From IMG/VR virus record IMGVR_UViG_3300011339_000492, positions 1 to 38,112 of that record: a DNA stretch of 38,112 bases; one strand, 5' to 3'. The notes beneath the pieces were generated by a model. It was not told where the DNA came from. It ran no database searches and saw only the letters and a list, made by a program, of their open reading frames with translations. Numbering within the stretch: the first letter of the stretch is position 1; each line of letters starts with the position of its first letter. The DNA is from a virus (taxonomy: Duplodnaviria > Caudoviricetes). Position numbers and translations under genes: made by a program. Below, piece by piece: positions 34,083 to 38,112 of this stretch.

Positions 34083-34378
34083 GAGCCCGCGAACTCGAAA
34101 CCCTGGAGATCGTGCGCGAGCGTCAGCCGGTAGCAATGGCCGATGTGGCGTACAGGCTCAATGTCGGAATCCCGACTGCGCGCACGTACCTGCACAGCCT
34201 GCGAGTAGCCGGCCTGATAGTCCCCAGCAGCAGCGGTCGGTGGGCACGCTGGCGCATCGCGCCACCACCGCCACCACCGCCGCCAGATGGGGAAGCCCTG
34301 CAACGGGCCATCGAGCAAGCCGCCAGCGTCTGGCATTACGCGCGCCGTGTGGGTGCGATTGCAGGAGTGAGAGCATGA
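34079..34378 (+). CDS. Winged-HTH protein
   Basis: MADVAYRLNVGIPTARTYLHSLRVAGLI pattern followed by a poly-Pro linker. Confidence 0.7.
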   Translation: MRARELETLEIVRERQPVAMADVAYRLNVGIPTARTYLHSLRVAGLIVPSSSGRWARWRIAPPPPPPPPDGEALQRAIEQAASVWHYARRVGAIAGVRA

Positions 34379-34602
34379 AAAACCACGACACCGGAGGACC
34401 GGCGTTTCCATTTGTTTTTGACGATATGGCCACGCACACCCGACAGGTTTACACAGGCATGACGCTGCGCGATTACTTCGCCGCCAAGGCGATGCAGGGG
34501 ATGCTCGCTTGCGACATCGAATTCGGGCCAGAGCAAGTTCCGATCATCGCGGCGTCCGCATACGTGATGGCAGACGCCATGCTGAAAGCGAGGCAAGCAT
34601 GA
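34375..34602 (+). CDS. Conserved phage protein (TGGPAFP...GMTLRDYFAAKAMQ family)
   Basis: Recognisable motif; ATGA-coupled. Confidence 0.82.
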   Translation: MKNHDTGGPAFPFVFDDMATHTRQVYTGMTLRDYFAAKAMQGMLACDIEFGPEQVPIIAASAYVMADAMLKARQA

Positions 34603-34787
34603 TCCGCGAATACCTCCGCCGCTGCTTCGGCAGTCTCTCCCGCGCCGAACTGATGCAGCGCGAACTGGATCAGGCCCACCGAAGCCTGCTGGAGGCCCAG
34701 AGCGCCCGCGAATATGCCGATGCCATGTGCGCGTACCACCAGGCTCGCATCGAGCGCCTGACGGGTGCGCTGAGGGGCGAGGCATGA
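34599..34787 (+). CDS. Hypothetical coiled-coil protein
   Basis: Start MIREYLRR; ATGA-coupled on both sides. Confidence 0.7.
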   Translation: MIREYLRRCFGSLSRAELMQRELDQAHRSLLEAQSAREYADAMCAYHQARIERLTGALRGEA

Positions 34788-34990
34788 GCATCCTACGCGG
34801 ACTGATTTCAGGACTCGCTATCGTTTTTGCCATCCTGGTGCTTGCGGCGCTCATCGTGGTTGGGTTGAACAACGTCATGCCCCCGCGAGAACAGCGTCAG
34901 AGCCCAACGGAATTGAACTTCCGCGCTTCATGCGAAGCAGTGAAAGGCAGCGTCGTGTGGAACGGCAGACATTGGGAGTGCTTGAAATGA
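34784..34990 (+). CDS. Membrane-anchored protein with two Cys
   Basis: N-terminal TM, then SCEAVKG...WECLK. Confidence 0.7.
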   Translation: MSILRGLISGLAIVFAILVLAALIVVGLNNVMPPREQRQSPTELNFRASCEAVKGSVVWNGRHWECLK

Positions 34991-35229
34991 CACAACAGAG
35001 TGAAGCCCTGCGGCTGGCTGAAATGCTGGAGCAAGACCAGCGCTCCAAAGCGCACCACGAACGCGCCGCCGCCGAACTGCGCCGCCTGTCGGCTGTTGAG
35101 GCCCAGCGCGATGCGCTGCTGGAGGCGCTGAAGCTGATCGTGCAATGGGACGAAGCGGGCCTGATCTTGCTTGACCACCACATTGAACGAGCACGCATCG
35201 CCATCAAGGCGGTGGAGGAGAACACATGA
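34987..35229 (+). CDS. Hypothetical protein (EALRLA...AAAELRRL family)
   Basis: ATGA-coupled; common phage motif. Confidence 0.72.
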   Translation: MTQQSEALRLAEMLEQDQRSKAHHERAAAELRRLSAVEAQRDALLEALKLIVQWDEAGLILLDHHIERARIAIKAVEENT

Positions 35230-35642
35230 CCAACGACCGCGAACTCCTTGAACTCGCTGCGAAGGCGGCGGGGCATACACTGATTTGGGGCGAAAAGTAC
35301 AAGCTGGGTGAAGACCTGGTCGACTGCACCGACCTCGCGTACATCCGGAGCGGCCAGCCTGACGAGGGTGATCTCTATTGGAACCCCCTCACCGACGACG
35401 GCGATGCGCTGCGGCTGGCGGTGAAGTTGAGGATGGTTGTTGATACCGATTACAACGGAGGCGCGAACGCAGGGAACGCTGCTGTTGATTTTGGCGAACC
35501 AGAATATGGCTATCAAGAAGGTCAAGGAAAGACCGACCACTTCGCCGCCACCCGCCGCGCCATCGTCAGGGCTGCGGCTGAGATTGGAAAGGGCACCAAG
35601 CCGTTCCCAACCGCCAAAGAAATCCGAGAGGAGTGGACATGA
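35226..35642 (+). CDS. Conserved phage protein (DRELLELAAKAAG...WNPLTDDGDALRLAVKL family)
   Basis: Recognisable motifs; ATGA-coupled. Confidence 0.8.
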   Translation: MTNDRELLELAAKAAGHTLIWGEKYKLGEDLVDCTDLAYIRSGQPDEGDLYWNPLTDDGDALRLAVKLRMVVDTDYNGGANAGNAAVDFGEPEYGYQEGQGKTDHFAATRRAIVRAAAEIGKGTKPFPTAKEIREEWT

Positions 35643-35749
35643 GCTACCAACCGAAGAACTGGCACTGGTGCAAACATTGCCAGAGAGATACAGCCAAGAA
35701 AGGGCATACACCGTTTTGCCCAGCAACGATTGGAAGGAGCATGAAATGA
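35639..35749 (+). CDS. 36-aa CxxC peptide
   Basis: Translated by hand: MSYQPKNWHWCKHCQRDTAKKGHTPFCPATIGRSMK; ATGA-coupled on both sides. Confidence 0.55.
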   Translation: MSYQPKNWHWCKHCQRDTAKKGHTPFCPATIGRSMK

Positions 35750-35871
35750 AAGAAGCCTACGAAGGCCAGGGCCTTGAGTTGCTCTTCCGCATTCTTTGGG
35801 TGTTCGCCGCCATCGGCGCGGTGGCGGTGACTGGCTTGAGTTTGTATGTGTTGTGGAAGGTGTTTGTATGA
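35746..35871 (+). CDS. Small membrane protein
   Basis: MKEAYEGQGLELLFRILWVFAAIGAVAVTGLSLYVLWKVFV; AAGGAG SD. Confidence 0.65.
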   Translation: MKEAYEGQGLELLFRILWVFAAIGAVAVTGLSLYVLWKVFV

Positions 35872-36053
35872 CCCGCGCCATAAAACTGCTGGCAGCACTG
35901 CTCATCCCATCGGCGCTGGTCTGGTTGTCCCTTGGGTTTGTTCTCTGGAACTGGCACCCTGAGACATGGGGCGCAGAGATGCGTGCCACCTTGGTCTGGT
36001 TCTCGCTCATGGCCACGATTCCCTCTGTTGCATTTTTTGGAGACATCGCATGA
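35868..36053 (+). CDS. Small two-TM membrane protein
   Basis: MTRAIKLLAALL...WNWHPETW...; ATGA-coupled. Confidence 0.7.
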   Translation: MTRAIKLLAALLIPSALVWLSLGFVLWNWHPETWGAEMRATLVWFSLMATIPSVAFFGDIA

Positions 36054-36637
36054 GCAACCTACGAACCGCCGCCCAGCAGGCGCTGGAGGCGTTGGAGAGA
36101 AGCCGCCATTGGTCGCCTCTATACCGTGGAAGCATGGGCGTCATAAACGCCATTGACGCCCTCCGCGCCGCGCTGGCAGAGCCAACTGTCAAGGAATCCT
36201 TACAAGTTGAATCAGCCTTTGCAGAAAATGCAACAACTCAACAGCAACTTGAAGAGGCTCCGCCGTCCGATTACCGGCGCGGCTATTGGGACGGCTTTGA
36301 GATTGGGAAACGCGAAGGGCGCATTGAAGCAGAAAACGCGCTGGCAGAGCCGGTGCAGGAGCCGGTGGCGTGGCGCTTCGAGGCCCGCCACATCGATAGC
36401 GCATGGGCAGCAGCGGTGACGCTAAAGCATCCCGGACCAGAGGGCGTTTACATGCGGAATGTGATGCCCCTCTACGCGCACCCACCCCAGCGCAAGCCGC
36501 TGACGGAGGAGGAGATTGTTGCGTTGATACACCCTATCGTAATGGCCGATATGCCCGACGAGATGACGGACTACGAAATCGCCCGCGCCATCGAGCGAGC
36601 CATCAAGCGAGCGCACGGGATCGGAGTCCAACCATGA
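36050..36637 (+). CDS. Mosaic Ea/Eaa-like hypothetical protein
   Basis: LRTAAQQALEAL, QEPVAW, PLYAHPPQRKPLTEEEI and ARAIERAHGI-type modules. Confidence 0.75.
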   Translation: MSNLRTAAQQALEALERSRHWSPLYRGSMGVINAIDALRAALAEPTVKESLQVESAFAENATTQQQLEEAPPSDYRRGYWDGFEIGKREGRIEAENALAEPVQEPVAWRFEARHIDSAWAAAVTLKHPGPEGVYMRNVMPLYAHPPQRKPLTEEEIVALIHPIVMADMPDEMTDYEIARAIERAIKRAHGIGVQP

Positions 36638-36981
36638 CCCGCGCATCCCACGCCGCCATCCGCGAAACCCTGGCCGCCTGCGGTCCGTTGACCAGCCGGG
36701 AACTGATGTCGTTTTTTCCAGATAGCACACAGCAGGACATCGCCGGCCTGCTGGGCAGTATGCGCAAGCGGGTTGCGGTCAAGCAAGTCTACGTTCATTC
36801 ATGGACCCGTGAGGCCGACCACGCCCGCGACTACATCCGTGCTGTCTACGCGCTGGGCAACCTGCCCGATGCGCGCAAGCCGAAACCCATGACGAACGCC
36901 GAGAGGTGCAGGAGGCATAAGGCGCGCAGGGCGATTCCGAAAGTGCCGAACTCGGTGTTTGCGTTGGGGGCGTTTCTATGA
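36634..36981 (+). CDS. Putative wHTH DNA-binding protein
   Basis: GPLTSREL...RAVYALG..PDARKPKPMTNAERCRR; basic. Confidence 0.7.
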   Translation: MTRASHAAIRETLAACGPLTSRELMSFFPDSTQQDIAGLLGSMRKRVAVKQVYVHSWTREADHARDYIRAVYALGNLPDARKPKPMTNAERCRRHKARRAIPKVPNSVFALGAFL

Positions 36982-37208
36982 GCCGCGATGAGATCACCCG
37001 CATGGCGCGTGAGGCCAGCGAAGAAACGAACTGGAAACCGGCGCTTGGCAACGAGCACGTTGTCGATTTTCTTGAGCGCTTCTTCCACGCTGCCTACGCC
37101 GCTGGTGCCGCTGCCGATCGGGAGGCCATTCTGCAAATGAGCCGGGAACAATGGTTCAAGACTCAAGCAGATTTTGAAGAGGCCATCCGCGCCAGGAGCC
37201 AGCAATGA
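36978..37208 (+). CDS. Hypothetical protein (MSRDEITRMAREA family)
   Basis: ATGA-coupled; ends AIRARSQQ. Confidence 0.72.
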   Translation: MSRDEITRMAREASEETNWKPALGNEHVVDFLERFFHAAYAAGAAADREAILQMSREQWFKTQADFEEAIRARSQQ

Positions 37209-37441
37209 GCATCGTCACCAACGTAGCCGTCTTCTTCGCCCTCAACCCCGACGAAGAACTCACGGCCCACGATGTCGGCATCAAGTGGGACATGAAGCCA
37301 AACAACGTCGGCCATTCGCTGCGCTACGCCGAGGCCAAGGGCTGGGTCACGCGCACCAAGCGGCCTGACGCGACATCACGCACGAAATACCGCTGGATTT
37401 ACACCGCAGGCCCGCGCCTGCTCAAGGAAATCGGTCAATGA
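37205..37441 (+). CDS. Putative wHTH protein
   Basis: NPDEELTAHDVGIKWDMKPNNVGHSLRYAEAKGWV. Confidence 0.7.
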   Translation: MSIVTNVAVFFALNPDEELTAHDVGIKWDMKPNNVGHSLRYAEAKGWVTRTKRPDATSRTKYRWIYTAGPRLLKEIGQ

Positions 37442-37638
37442 GCATATACAGCACCACGAAGGACACCACCATGCAGCAGCCGGCTCACGGCCCAGGCATG
37501 GCCTACCGCAAGGCGTGCAGCGCCTGCAACCAGCACAAAGAGATTCTCGGCGGATCGCTGTACACCCGGCTGAAGCTGTGGCGCTGCGCCGCCTGCACCG
37601 AAACCGCCAGAAACACCGCCCAGGAGATCGGAAAATGA
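37438..37638 (+). CDS. Zn-ribbon protein
   Basis: CSAC...WRCAAC. Confidence 0.7.
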   Translation: MSIYSTTKDTTMQQPAHGPGMAYRKACSACNQHKEILGGSLYTRLKLWRCAACTETARNTAQEIGK

Positions 37639-37889
37639 CCTGCACCTTCCCACACTGCGAACCCGGCCAAGCCGGTACTCACTGCCGCCCCGAGTGCCGC
37701 ACGAATCGCATCTGCTGCGATGGCAAGTGCAACCAGGGCCGGAATTGCCCGCTGACAGAGCCCGATCCGCTGCGGAGCATGGAAGACACCGAATCCCAGA
37801 TATTCGAGGCCGTGGCGCTGTTCGTGGCCGGCGTGCTGGGTGTCATCGTAGCCATCGGTCTGGTCACCGCATGGGTGCGCCTGCTATGA
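37635..37889 (+). CDS. Cys-rich membrane-anchored protein
   Basis: CCDGKCNQGRNCP motif plus C-terminal TM; start MTCTFPHC at 37635. Confidence 0.7.
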   Translation: MTCTFPHCEPGQAGTHCRPECRTNRICCDGKCNQGRNCPLTEPDPLRSMEDTESQIFEAVALFVAGVLGVIVAIGLVTAWVRLL

Positions 37890-38083
37890 CGCCGATCCTG
37901 TCAGCAGACACCGCCCGTTGCGCCGGATCGTATCGAACCGAGTGCGACGGCTGCCTGCGCCGCCTGAGCCCGCCGCATGAGCGTCCGGTCTGGATAGGGC
38001 CTTGGGTCATCGAGGGTGAGCCTTGCCCGTCCAGACTCAGTAACTCCACACAGTCGGAGCCTGCCGCAGATCGAGGTGGATGA
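37886..38083 (+). CDS. Cys-rich hypothetical protein, last rightward gene
   Basis: DTARCAG...CDGCLRR...CPSR; converges on and overlaps the endolysin 3' end in the circular genome. Confidence 0.65.
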   Translation: MTPILSADTARCAGSYRTECDGCLRRLSPPHERPVWIGPWVIEGEPCPSRLSNSTQSEPAADRGG

Positions 38084-38112
38084 ACCGGCCAGCGCCCTTC
38101 TGCTGCACCCCG
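37946..38112. repeat. Terminal direct repeat, right copy
   Basis: Matches 1-167 with one mismatch. Confidence 0.97.

Noticed and set aside
1-38112. CRISPR array, tRNA, integrase/att site, reverse transcriptase or DGR
   Set aside because: By eye I found no regular repeat-spacer array, cloverleaf, recombinase catalytic motif, RT motif or TR/VR pair. A tool scan could still find weak cases.

Overview
This looks like a complete ~37.9 kb dsDNA phage genome, circularly permuted: bases 1-167 repeat as 37946-38112 with one mismatch. It is high-GC, and the host is probably a proteobacterium (inferred from sigma70-like promoters and an IHF site). The virion module is P22/Sf6-like podovirus: terminases, portal, scaffold, P22-type coat, gp4/gp10-type tail adaptors, tail needle, three ejection proteins, tailspike, holin and an M15 endolysin. 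Two arms diverge from 30877-30994. The minus arm runs Cro-like repressor, SNF2 helicase-methylase fusion, VRR-NUC nuclease, C5 methylase, SSB-like protein, HNH protein, primase-helicase, candidate origin, then virion and lysis genes. The plus arm has small early genes, a YqaJ exonuclease/RecT-like pair and a long chain of ATGA-coupled ORFs. I found no integrase, CI, tRNA or CRISPR. The most notable feature is a ~1 kb cytosine methyltransferase locus coded in two frames at once: the catalytic motifs are in one frame, while motif IX and three WPTP-delimited candidate specificity cassettes (joined by a 12-bp repeat) are in the +1 frame. Other highlights are a DDxxD protein beside the ejection genes, a candidate attenuator RNA before the HNH/primase genes, an iteron+IHF candidate origin, and a start-less head-region gene behind an anomalous 75-nt segment. 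All family assignments come from motif recognition and synteny; no database search was run.
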